From contig NC_043013.1 in the NCBI RefSeq assembly GCF_006345805.1, forward strand, positions 46,004,001-46,068,000: a stretch of DNA of 64,000 nucleotides. Reading direction: 5' to 3'. Position 1 is the stretch's first letter. Every line of letters starts with the position of its first letter. The stretch comes from Octopus sinensis. Its lineage: Eukaryota. Position numbers and translations under genes: made by a program. The notes beneath the pieces are model-generated. The model was not told where the DNA came from and made no database searches. It worked only from the letters and a program-made list of their open reading frames with translations. Positions 37,301 through 49,344 of the stretch are shown piece by piece.

Positions 37301-38546
37301 TTTGGTCTCAGGTACGCCAACTCTTTTCAGACAGTGTTTCGAATTGTGAGTTGTCTCTCTTGCCTTTATTTGTTTTATTTAGGTATTGTTCAACAATGCT
37401 TGCTTCGTTTTAATACAGCTACATACTACAGATTTATTAAAATTATTTTGCTCACCATATTAATTAAATTAGCTTTAACTTCACTATTTAATACTAGGTG
37501 CATTAGCTTACCCTTAACTGTATGTTCTTCATAAGGAAGGTAACCCTGGGAAATTTTCTCTATTACAGACATTGTTATTCAGAGTTCTGAACACATTATC
37601 TTCCAATCATAATTCAAAAGAATGCGGTATAATGGTTTACTCTTTCTTTCTCCAAGGGATCCCCTCATGAAAGAATTCCCTCTCGGCATTGAAAGAAACA
37701 CAATTACAAAATAATTTCTGTTGCTTACAGCAGTGAACTGTGCCTCCACATGATATATCTACTAGATTATTGTGAGTTAAGAATTTCTCTGTAAATTTTA
37801 ACCAACATTACATATAGACAGATGTAAATATATTATACTTGTATATTGTACAGAAAGCCAAGATGTTTCTGTCTCTATATACAAATAGTGTTTGTTAAAA
37901 ATCTATCGATACATTTGTGTAGGAGAGTGCAATGTTCAAATAAAACATTGTCAACACAACAATATTTTATTAAGTAACTCTGTTAAAGAATACAAACGTT
38001 GCTAAGTAGATAGGTGTATCACCATATCAGCTAGTTTCAAGTCTTGCTACTATCAGTACTGTTGTATAAAATAAAGGAGGTTTGATAGTGACCAATAACT
38101 GATTTTGTGTGTGAGTATAAAGCTTCTCTGAGTATCTCCAATGGAATTCAGTTCCATACATAGCATCAGCCAAGTGAATATTAATTTTTGCCATTGGTAC
38201 AAAGCCATATTTGTATTTGTATGGGAAGGTTAGAAGCGATCAAGTGGCTCTCATTACTTGCCCGGTAATTATTGTATTGACTCTGAACGGTTGTAAAGCA
38301 AGGTTCACATTAAACGGTTATGGACTCTGGAATTAAAGAGACTAAGTCTTCAGTTCATCACCCTGCAGTTTTTCTTTGCCAATACACTGCGTTAAGTATT
38401 AAACTTCCACAATTTCAAATTGAAAGAAACATTACTTACTGATGCAAGTTCCGGAACGTCTGCTGCAGACAAGATTAAGACCACACTTGCTGGCGACTGG
38501 GATTCCAAACATACCTTCGGGAATGCAGCGATCTCCTTCCTCTGAA

Positions 38547-38591
<45 letters not shown>

Positions 38592-38930
38592 TAATAATAA
38601 TAATAATAAAACCATTCAAAAATTGTTTGTTTTAAAACTTGAGATTACATAGAAAGTATTTTGCGTAGGATATGAGCAGTTCCCAAAGATAGTGCTCATA
38701 GGAACTGCTCATATCCTACGCAAAATACTTTCTATGTAATCTCAAGTTTTAAAACAAACATAATTTTGGTATGGTTTTTTAAGCATTCACTAGTACAACA
38801 CTAAGTACAAAACCAAATATATGGCACCCTAGGCATAACACCAACATGAACTTCCAACTTGTTGTCTCTTGAGGTCTCTGGGTGAGACTTGGAGCCAGTT
38901 TGTGCAAATGTAAAGCAAAAGTCAAACATA

Positions 38931-38997
<67 letters not shown>

Positions 38998-39213
38998 GAT
39001 GATGATAATGATAATGGTCTCAAATTTTGCCACAAAGGCGGCAATTTTGGGGAGGGAATGAGTCGACCCCAGTGTTCAACTGGTACTTTATTTTATCGAC
39101 CCCGAAAGGATAAAAGGTAATGTCGACATCGGCGGAATTTGAACTCAGAACGACGGGCAAAATACTGCTAAGCATTTCGTCCGGCGCGCTAACGATTCTG
39201 CCACCTCACCGCC

Positions 39214-39259
<46 letters not shown>

Positions 39260-39281
39260 GAAGAAGAAGAAGAAGAATAAA

Positions 39282-39348
<67 letters not shown>

Positions 39349-39878
39349 GGCTCTCATGGCTTCTGATCTTAACTCATTGGAAGTGTTATGTACATATTTT
39401 GTCTTGGACTAAAAGACGGGCTACAGCAAATATTCTGCTCAACAACAGAGATTTGCTTGGCAGTTGTTTGACCTTAATCAATTGAGCATGTCCCTTAGTG
39501 GCTGACAGTATGTGCATCCTCTGCTCACGAGCAGAAGTAGTAGAGGAGCTTCATAGTCATGTGTTGAGAGGAATTCTTTCGGATTTGAATAATTCAACAT
39601 CCTTAAACAACCCTTATTAAGAGACCTTTTCAGTGGGATGGACAACTCGATCTGAAGAAAATTCTAAATGGACCCCACCTGCAAGGTCATGCACTGTTTA
39701 TCATGATATGAAATCACCATGTCGTGCGTATATGGTTGTGAAGCATATGCCTGGTGTACTCTTATCAGATGGGTAGTCATGATGAGTATATTGGGCTTCG
39801 TATATTTTTACCCCAGTGCCACTTTGAAGGCATGCGCTGCTCTCTCACTCAATAATGATGATGATGATGATGATTATG

Positions 39879-39916
<38 letters not shown>

Positions 39917-40922
39917 TAATAGGAATAATGTATCGCAACGGCATACGGTATGTCGTTGAAATAGTTCTCTGTGGAAATGTATGACAAATTTATGAAGTTA
40001 ATATAAAAGCCACAAAAGCCATGAAAGTCTCATGTGGCGCTGGTACTTAAAACTGACAAGCCATGTTATATATCTGATTGGGCTTGAAGAATGTATATTA
40101 ATTTTTATCACCCTCAACTCAGACTGACATCTTGGGAACACCACATTATATCAGATTAACATGGAGTAATTCCATCCTCAGACCTGACTATCATGTAGTG
40201 AATATATTATTAGATCACATTGACAGTTGTTTATCCCAAGTTTGATTTCAGCTTTTCTGAATGCTTATCTTACTGAATGCTCCTGCAATGTCTATCATAC
40301 TTTTTCTTTTTTTTTTTTTTACTTGTTTCAGTCATTTGACTGCGGCCATGCTGGAGCACCGCCTTTAATCGAGCAACTCGACCCCGGGACTTATTCTTTT
40401 GTAAGCCCAGTACTTATTCTATCGGTCTCTTTTGCCGAACCGCTAAGTAACGGGGACATAAACACACCAGCATCGGTTGTCAAGCAATGCTAGGAGGACA
40501 AACACAGACAAAAACACGCATATATATATATATATATACATATATACGACGGGCTTCTTTCAGTTTCCGTCTACCAAATCCACTCACAAAGCATTGGTCG
40601 CCCCGAGGTCTATAGTAGAAGACACTTGCCCAAGGTGCCACGCTGTGGGACTGAACCCGCAACCATGTGGTTGGTAAACAAGCTACTTACCACACAGCCA
40701 CTCCTGCGCCTATACTTTCCTCTTTCCAATAAATTCATGGGTAAAAATCAACTTACTCAAATATTTTATGCACTCATCACAACATGAACAAAATGTTTTT
40801 CCAAGTTCACCATCTACACAGTTTTCGACTGCTGGGCAGTTTACATTTTTGCAGGCGTCTGGTGGGCAGACGATAGCACTGGCTGCTACAACGCTCAGGG
40901 CAATAAGGAAGATGTACTTCAT
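34204..40922 (-). CDS. Five-coding-exon gene for a 221-aa secreted protein: signal peptide + IGFBP-N/FPI-1-like 12-Cys domain + two thyroglobulin type-1 domains (thyropin-like)
   Basis: Join 40922-40757, 38541-38440, 36335-36203, 35640-35561, 34388-34204 = 666 nt. All introns are GT-AG with matching phases (1,1,2,1) and there is no internal stop. 24 Cys. Motifs CSCCDEC, QCHGSVCYCA and QCTGSACYCV. Confidence 0.93.
34686..34790. repeat. (GGT)n intronic microsatellite
   Basis: Seen directly in the sequence. Confidence 0.95.
35561..35640 (-). CDS. Coding exon 4: second half of the first TY domain
   Basis: tttcatag|G TGT TAC... CYCAHTDGTHIPGFQSAIHNIQGMNC, then A|gtaagt. Confidence 0.92.
36203..36335 (-). 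CDS. Coding exon 3: linker and first half of the first TY domain
   Basis: cattttag|AA CCA... PLDYATKTCTQLKSETEGKNLLGAFIPRCETDGTFSAVQCHGS, then GT|gtaaga. Confidence 0.92.
38440..38541 (-). CDS. Coding exon 2: second half of the IGFBP-N-like domain
   Basis: acttcag|AG GAA... EGDRCIPEGMFGIPVASKCGLNLVCSRRSGTCI, then A|gtaagt. Confidence 0.9.
38608..38932 (+). mobile_element. 3' fragment of the R4/Dong LINE with a fold-back 5' end, inside (AAT)n
   Basis: 38687-38932 matches the 3' end of the 47721-50984 element. 38608-38683 is the inverted copy of 38701-38778. Confidence 0.85.
39015..39215 (-). mobile_element. SINE family B
   Basis: Reverse-complement match. Confidence 0.8.
39348..39851 (+). 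mobile_element. Non-coding repeat family E inside (AAT)n
   Basis: Reverse complement of 63279-63835 and 51051-51385. Ends ctctctcactc(aat)n. Confidence 0.8.
40315..40712 (-). mobile_element. SINE family A, intronic, starting about 45 nt after the coding exon 1 donor
   Basis: Full reverse-complement match. Confidence 0.9.
40757..40922 (-). CDS. Coding exon 1: signal peptide and first half of the IGFBP-N-like domain
   Basis: MKYIFLIALSVVAASAIVCPPDACKNVNCPAVENCVDGELGKTFCSCCDECIKYL, then A|gtaagt. An acceptor tttcag lies 17 nt upstream of the ATG. Confidence 0.93.
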
Positions 40923-41456
40923 GACTGATAACAATAAATCTGAAATTATCAAAAAATTTTAATAAATAAGCGTTTTGCTATCGAAGTGAATTGTAAATTC
41001 TCGACAAGTATATATTCGGCAAATAATTAAATGGTGATGATTAGATAATAATAATGAGATATGATCACAAATTAGTGACAGAAAACACACAACACACAAC
41101 GCCAATGAATGCGTACAAACGACATTCAAACTGCGTATCATTCACTGTTTAGATAACTACATTACTTCTAAACTACAAAGCATCTAATCACTTCCTCTTA
41201 TTATTTCCACAACATTATTAGTAAGTTATCTAATATATTTATTACTTTATTAATCATTGTATAAATTATTATGCACGTGGAAGAGGATCCTTGCTGAATC
41301 ACTTGGTATACGTTTAATATTGGAAAGTTTTAAGCGAATGAGAGTGACAAAGATGTTGAAATTTGGAGGGTAAGATAGTCACAGATAAAGAAGGTTATTT
41401 GATAGTCAAGGCATTCTCAGACTGTTCCTAACGGAATACATTCTTAATTATATATT

Positions 41457-41487
<31 letters not shown>

Positions 41488-41496
41488 ACATATATA

Positions 41497-41541
<45 letters not shown>

Positions 41542-41579
41542 CACACATACATACACACACATATATATATATTCTTACG

Positions 41580-41858
41580 TACACACATGAAGGCACGCGC
41601 ACATATGCGAGTACTGTTCAAATCTCCGACCAATCACATACAGCTAGCTGGCATTTTGATTGGGTTTTGGATAGAAAATTCACTTCTATTGATTTTTAAT
41701 GGCTTTGCAGGGTGACGACTGGCGAAATGTAAAGATGTGCACGACCACCCTTGGACGGTTTTGAATGACCATAGAAAGTGCGAGCTCTCTAACTGAAAAA
41801 TTGTAGATTTGTATAAAGGACACACACACAGACATTTTGCCGTTTATATATAGAGAGA
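41580..41858 (-). mobile_element. Non-autonomous Helitron H2, 3'-truncated
   Basis: A|TCTCTCTATATATAAACGGCAAAATG start. Body homologous to 2221-2591. Confidence 0.8.
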
Positions 41859-41946
41859 TTTCTTTTCTCTTCTCTCTATATATTAAGCTCTGTTTCTTCG
41901 TAATAGCTGGTTTGACACGGTAGTTCAGAGTAGGATTAGTCAATAC

Positions 41947-42017
41947 CTGAATAAAGTGGTTGCTTTTACAGAGAGACAGAAAGAAGGAGGGTGAGAGAGA
42001 GAGTGTGTGTGTTTATA
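41947..42017 (-). promoter_or_regulatory. Candidate TATA box and short non-coding first exon of the secreted-protein gene
   Basis: TATAAA at 42017-42012 (minus strand), a pyrimidine-rich start region about 30 nt downstream, and donor CAG|gtattg at 41947/41946. Inference only. Confidence 0.35.
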
Positions 42018-43675
42018 AAAGTCGGGAGAAGAGAAATTTAAACTTTGTTTTCAACAACCTTTGCTCTATTGTTATCTTCATTGTTAAAAGATTTAGACGG
42101 TCTCTTCACAGTCGTCGGAAGAAAACAAATATTTAAGTGAACATTCAAATATTTCTAATTGATTCCGCAAATTAATTACAATACACACTACGGGAATTAA
42201 TACTAATTAGACTGTATACTAACCAATTCTCAAATTAGTCTTGTAAACAATTTAATGACACTTAATAATTTTTTTTTCTCACGGCAAGTATGATTACTGT
42301 AAAATGAATAAATTGGTAAAGATTTGGTATCTGTTGATAAATTCTTCAAATGGAACAGTTTCATGTCGAATTGATAATAGCTGTTTAGTAAATTCAAAAA
42401 TAAGCGGAACTGATTAAAACATGTCTGAAATCTTCCTTCTACAGAAATGATACTTAGAATTATAATTGAAATGTCTTGATAGGATAAGAAAAGAAAGGGA
42501 CAGAGAAGTGGCCTATACAGTAGTTTGCCAAACCAAATACATGGCAATATTTAGATTTATTCGTTTAAGTTACGTTTTCAAATTTTACCAGGTTCAGTTT
42601 AACATTCCGTGTCTGAGTTTGCTCGGTCAATATAAGTTGAATGACACCAAGGATTATAAAACAAGTCAAATTAAGTAACCATCTTTCGAGGACACCTTTA
42701 ACTATTTTTTCTTAATCAATTTCAGTATAACCTGTGTACAGGGCCACCTCAGCAATATTCTTGTCCTCCGAGCCAGTCAATGAACTGGGCCCTTGTGTTT
42801 CTTTACTGACAGCAAGCTACAACATACATATATCAGAATTGGATCCTTAGACATCGTGAAGCCCTGGGCAACAGCCTAGTGTACACATTCCTTAAAATGA
42901 CCCTGCATGTATTCGCTGGTTAATGTAATTTTTTCCTCGTACACGTAGAAGAATAACAATTCATATTAGTGAAGCCCACAACTGCTGTTGGGAAATTGCA
43001 GCGAAATGTGTACATACGTTTGCATCATGGACTCATCAGAAAAAGAAAGACAGTTCGCATGATGTCTTTCAGTGTCTCTGAGAGTGGAGAGAGGCGGGAA
43101 AAAGAAGTTATCCGCAGAGCGGAAACATGGTTCTAATACTTGCAACAACTGAAAATCACCTGAGCAAACGATATTTCTATGGACAATTCGTTTACAAGAT
43201 AATAACAAAATATATTGTAGATACAATATTGGTGTCATTAGATAACACGATTCTCAAGTCGTCGGGTCCATTATATTTATATTGAAGCGAAATAAGAATA
43301 TTTGGTGGTGAGGTAAGAAATTAATAAAACAGCCAAGCAAGTGGACAGCCACAGCGTAAGAAGTGGAAAGGAAGTAAGGACTCTTGGGGAACTAAACTAA
43401 ATGTGATTGGAGAAAGATATTTCGATGAAAAATACACTTTAATTGATAAACTGAATAGTTTTCTGTCAGTCAGTGTGGGAGCTTACTAAATATGTCTCAT
43501 CTTGTAAGGAACCTGTCAGATATTTACAATTCTGGCAAATGTCTAGAGAAATAATACTTTTTAAGTAGGACTGCAAGATCGATATTATTAAACCCGAAGG
43601 AACAGGCTAAACTGTATCTTATGAGTTGGCTGAGGGATGCATTGGGAAATAAAGGAACGGAAGGATATACATACA

Positions 43676-43706
<31 letters not shown>

Positions 43707-43763
43707 CGATATGTATCGATCTATCTGTCAATCGCTATATATATATTAAGATATATATATATA

Positions 43764-43797
<34 letters not shown>

Positions 43798-43815
43798 AGA
43801 GAAAAAGAAAGAGAA

Positions 43816-43847
<32 letters not shown>

Positions 43848-43855
43848 TGTGTGTG

Positions 43856-43903
<48 letters not shown>

Positions 43904-44466
43904 GCGACGGTAGCAGCCTTTGTAATGAAGATTTGAAGATTACTTTGCACATCCATCGTAACTTGAATGTGCTGCTTTGGACACCTTAAGACTGCAGTAA
44001 CCGTCCAGAGAAAGCATCTCGTATACACATCAAGTGTGAAAGAAAAAAGCAGAACATATGATATCGGTAAACGAAATTTCGTCAGAACCGGTAGATGTGA
44101 CTGTTGTCACGTGATTCCAGTGCAATTTGCAGTAAGTTGGACGAGCAAATTACGCACACAAAACCTGCACACGCACACGTACACACATGTATATATCGCC
44201 TTCTGTGTATCAAAGGCATGATGGTGCGGAATTGTCTCCGATAAAAATCTCTTCATAGACTTGTGTTAGAAACACAGAATATATCAGTGTGAGATGAACA
44301 TCGTCGTTGCAGTGACTCATAAGAAGAAAGGACTCGTTTGTCTTTCTGGAGGCCTGACAGTGTTGTTTATTTGATTGTCACCTGCTTACTCCAAATTCAT
44401 GTCTCGATGTAAGAGAAAGAGCGAAATGAACCATTAACTGTATTTCTACCGCCCAGCAATCTTCCG

Positions 44467-44636
44467 ATGTATGTATGTATGTATGTATGTATGTATGTAT
44501 GTATGTATGTATGTATGTATGTATGTATGTAGGTAGTATGTAATTATGTATGTATGTATAGTATGTATGTATGTATGTATGTATGTATGTATGTATGTAG
44601 ATATGTAGGTAAGTATGTATGTATGTATGTATGTAG

Positions 44637-44667
<31 letters not shown>

Positions 44668-45394
44668 TGTATGTAGATATGTAGGTAAGTATGTATGTAT
44701 GTATGTATGTAGATATGTATGTATGTATGTATGTATGTAGATATGTAGGTATGTATGTATGTATGTATGTAGATATGTAGGTATGTATGTATGTATGTAT
44801 GTAGATATGTAGGTATGTATGTATGGTATGTATGTAGATATGTAGGTATGTATGTATGTATGTATGTATGTATGTGTGTATGTATGTAGATATGTAGGTA
44901 TGTGTGTATGTATGTATGTATGTATGTATGTATGTAGATATGTAAGTATGTATGTATGTATGTATGTATGTATGTAGATATGTAGGTATGTATGTATGTA
45001 TGTATGTATGTATTTATGTATGTATGTGTGTATGTATGTAGATATGTAGGTATGTATGTATGTATGTATGTATGTAGGTATGTATCTATGTATGTATGTA
45101 TGTGTTTTTGCATGCATGCATGTATGTATGTATATATGTATGTATACATGTATGTATGTAAATATGTATGTATGCATGTATGTGCGTACGTGTGTATGCA
45201 TGTATGTATGTATGTACATACACACACATATATATACATATACACATATATACATATACATATACACACACACATATACATACGTGTATATGTATATATA
45301 CATATATGTGTGTGTATACATATAGATACACACACACGTACATATATATATACATATACATATACGCACACATATACATACATATATCTGTATT

Positions 45395-45429
<35 letters not shown>

Positions 45430-45449
45430 GTGTGTGTGTGTGTGTGTGT

Positions 45450-45491
<42 letters not shown>

Positions 45492-45500
45492 ACGTATGTG
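44467..45500. repeat. ~1-kb (TATG)n/(TA)n/(TG)n microsatellite
   Basis: Seen directly. The variant tagatatgtagg recurs. Confidence 0.95.
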
Positions 45501-46424
45501 TATATGAATGTATATTTATGTGCATTCTCAAGTCAATACAACAGCAATACACACTCGTGCACAAAATACACACAGAGGGAAAAAGACGTTGCGATTGTAA
45601 GCAAGTATAGAACAGAGATATTACCTTTGAACCACGGAGAAGAGATTCTTGAATGAATGTAGGAACCATGCGATTCTACTCTATATATACTGCTTGCAAG
45701 CTATTGTTATCGTCGATCAGGTGTTATTATTCTCATACCTTTTGGCCTTCAAATATAATTAACAAGTGTGTCGCGCTATTTAATCTTATTAAATTACTAT
45801 TTGCTTAATATGTTTCGCTAGATTTCATATCAGCTGATAACCCATTTTCTTCTTTCTTTCTTTCTTTCTTTTTTTTATTTATTTAGTCCGATTGACAGGT
45901 TTTATTATAGACTGGTTTTTAGTTACGTCCCTTTAAATAATTGGTTCGAATCCCGCCGGGTCCCAGGTTGTCTTTTTATCACGTTGATGTCGATAAAATA
46001 GATGCCATCCAAGCAGTTTACCTTTTTCTGTTCTTCGCAAATCTCGGCTGAAGAAATTCTTTGGCCTTTCCCTTATCCACTTTTACTTTTTATTGATCTT
46101 AAATTTACGATCTAATGTACAGTCTGCATTTTCTATTACTACGGTCCTGAACTTAACCCACTCTCCTTCAACCTTTTTGGGGTACTGCCATGGTTGAATC
46201 CTTTGCATATTCTGGGCCCACCACAGCTCTGCTGCTGTGTTATGTTTTTAATTTCTCCACAGCAAATGGCTAGGTGTTACAATCGACTTTTTCTGTCCTT
46301 TTCGGGGTCGATAAAATAAACACTTTTAATACGTACCAGTTGAACATTGGGGTCGATGCAATCGACTTACCTCCTTCCAATAAATAGCTGGCCTTGTATC
46401 AAAATTTGAAACCATTATTGTTAT

Positions 46425-47697
46425 TATTTCTTTTTATCACATGTTTTGTTGGAACTTGTAGAGCCTTGCACGCGTAGCGGGCTTGCTGCCTGCAGCCTAC
46501 GGTACCATGCAATCCGTTCTTTTCGGCTATCTAATACTTTCCTGATTATTCTGGCCATGCCAAGAAGGCAAACCTTTTGTAACAGTTCTACTGTGCACTC
46601 TATTCCAGTTCCCCATATATTCCTATTAATGCCTTCTAATACTGTTCCCAAGGGCTCAACAATAATTGGCACTATCTTCACCTTCATTTCCCATAGCTAG
46701 GCTATTTCGTACTTAAGAGGGTTGTATTTATCTATCTTTTCACCATCCCTCTTGGCTATTCGTGGGTCAATATCAACTAGATAGCATATGTGGTGCACCT
46801 TGTCCACCACCATAAGGTCCGGTCTGTTATGCTCTAGCACCTGATCTGTTTGGATTGAGTAATCCCAGAGGATTTTGCTAGTCTCTGACTCTGCCAGTCT
46901 CTGCAGTTTGTGCTCATACCATGTCTTGCCTCTCTCTAGCTCCCACTTTTCCCATAATTTCCAATGTAGCACTTTCGCTACCTTGTCGTGTCGCCATAAC
47001 TTGTAGCGGTTTTGAGCAAGTCTAGGGCATTCGTTCGTGATATAGGCAATGGTTTCAACTAATCTATTGCAGTTGAAGCACAGCGGAGACACTTGGTCAT
47101 TCTTAAGGTTGACCCTCCAATTCGTGGCCAAAGCTTGGTCTTGCGCTGCCAGTATAGTGCTCCCAGTCTCTCTTCTTTTAGTGTTCTTTCTTCAACCAAT
47201 CCCACCTATTTTTTCCAGCAACTTCAGTTGTGGCTACATGGAAATGGTTGTGTAGTCCCTTCTTGCGTAATTCTTCTTCATGTCCTTGTTGTACTTCTTC
47301 CTTTGTTTTCCCTTTTTTCTCCGTTATCAATACTCCCTCGTCCCTAACTCTCACTAGCAAGGTTTCCTTACTTTGGCCTAGGTATCTCATTAAGCTCTCG
47401 CGTTCGATACGCGGTCTTCCACACTTAACAGTCTCCTTCCTCCATTTGCTCTCTTCATGTATAAGCGATTAGTGTCTGCACGTGGATAATGGGCTCCATG
47501 CATCGTTAAGGACTTTCTTGACTTCCCGTCCATCTCCTTTAGCTCCCCTTCTGTCCACTTCAGGATTCCAGCGCTAAACCCAACTACTGCGACTGTGTGC
47601 GAGTTTATTACTGAAATTATGGTTCTGGCATTAAGCTTTGAAGCTAATATTTTCTCACTCGACTTTTCTTTCTTCCTTATCGCATACCTTGTTGTCA
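46425..47697 (-). mobile_element. Decayed R4/Dong-type RLE LINE, 3' part (second subfamily)
   Basis: CFNCNRLVETIAYITNEC (CCHC remnant), WDYSIQTD, NRPDLMVVD, KIDKY, IVPIIVEPLG. Many frameshifts. Confidence 0.8.
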
Positions 47698-47978
47698 ATT
47701 ATTATTATTATTATTATTATTCTATGTTTGACTTTTGCTTTATATTTGTACAAGTTGGCTCCAAGTCTCACCCAAAGACCTCAAGAGACAACAGGGTTGG
47801 AAGTTCATGTTGTTGTTATGCCTAGTGTGCCATATATTTGGGGGGTGGGGGTGTTGTACTAATGATGTCTAAAAAAAAGTTTTTTTTTTTTTTTTTTAAA
47901 CAGAAAATTATGTTTGTTTTAAACCTTGAGATTACATAGAAAGTATTTTGCGTAGGATATGAGCAGTTCCCATGAGCA

Positions 47979-49247
47979 CTATTTTTGAATTTCTGCCATT
48001 TTTGGGTTTCCTGGTATCTGAGTTAGGTAGCTATCAGCCCCTTTTGCTATCATTCCCAGGGCACCTATGACAACAGGTATTGTTTTAGTCTTCAGCTTCC
48101 ACATTTTGCTGATTTCTATTTCAAGATCTTTATATTTGCTCAGTTTTTGGTAGGTCTTGACAGATACGTTTATATCGATTGGGATAGTCATATCAATGAG
48201 GAGGCATGTTCTTTGTTTGAAGTCTTTCAATATGATGTCTAGCCTATTTGCATCTATCTTTCTGTCAGTTTGAATGGTGAAGTTCCAGAGGAGTGAGATG
48301 TGGTCATTTTCAAGCACTGGGGGTGGTTTGTGTTCCCACCAGTTTTTTTCATGGGGCAAATCCAGGTTTTTACAGATTACCCAGTGAATATATTGTGCAG
48401 CTCTATCGTGCCTGTTGAGATACTCTGTAGGCGCTAGAAGACTGCACTTGGAGACCACATGGTCAATGGTTTCATTTTGTTGCTTGCATACACGACACGT
48501 TGGACTGCTTCTGATCTTTAATATGTTGGCCTGGTAGTTTCTTGTTGGTAGGCATTGATCTTGAGCTGCTATGATAAACCCCTCTGTTTCAGATTTTAAG
48601 CCAGAGGCCATTAGCCATTGATGGGTCAGGGCTTTGTCAACATCTGCATTATTTGCTCTCTTTGGGTATTTGCCATAGAGAGGTTTTTCTTGCCATTTAT
48701 CATTCAGAATATCTAAGGCCGCAGATTTAGCACGGGTTTTCATGCGCTTAGCTTTTTCTGTGCCTGTTTCTTGTATGTCTATCTCTAATTCCGAAATTTG
48801 TTGTATTCGGAATTCACTTAGATATTCCTTTGCCTGTTTTGTTACTGAGTATGATGCTTTCTTGTTTTCATGTTTTGAGACAAGTTTTAACATCCAGTCC
48901 TCAGAGTTTTTCAGGTAGGTGTCTAGGCCAATTGTAGCAATCTTCATTGTTATTGCCAGTTGTAAAAGTCCACGGCCTCCCTCTTTTCTTGGCAGATAAA
49001 GTCGTTCTGTATCTGCCTTAGGGTGGTGCATTCTATGCATTGTCAACAGTTTTCGTATTTTTCTGTCAAGATTACATATTTCAGTAATTGACCAGTTAAC
49101 GATACTGAAACTGTAAGTCACGACTGGTATGGCTAATGCATTGATCGCTTCGATCCTGTTTCTCGCATTCAGCTCTGTCTTGAGTATTTCTCTTACTCTG
49201 CGATAGCATTCTCTCCTGATCCTTTCCTTCATCTCTGAATGCCTCAT
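47979..49247 (-). pseudogene. R4/Dong ORF, C-terminal part (thumb, CCHC, restriction-like endonuclease)
   Basis: 422-aa frame. The usual RPD motif reads RLD. Confidence 0.9.
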
Positions 49248-49344
49248 TCCTTCTCCTTCAATTACCCCTAGATACTTGTAGTTCTCTGCTGGGTCTAATT
49301 CTTTTATGACATTCTGCTGGTCAAGTTAACGTTAGATGTTTCTG

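Noticed and set aside
40710-40952. 80-aa single-exon ORF from the track
   Set aside because: It reads through a canonical gtaagt donor at 40756 and starts upstream of an acceptor. The spliced five-exon model explains it better.
43030-43300. Possible Tc1-like transposase relic (LSAERKHGS)
   Set aside because: Only one short motif, with no DDE region or TIRs found.
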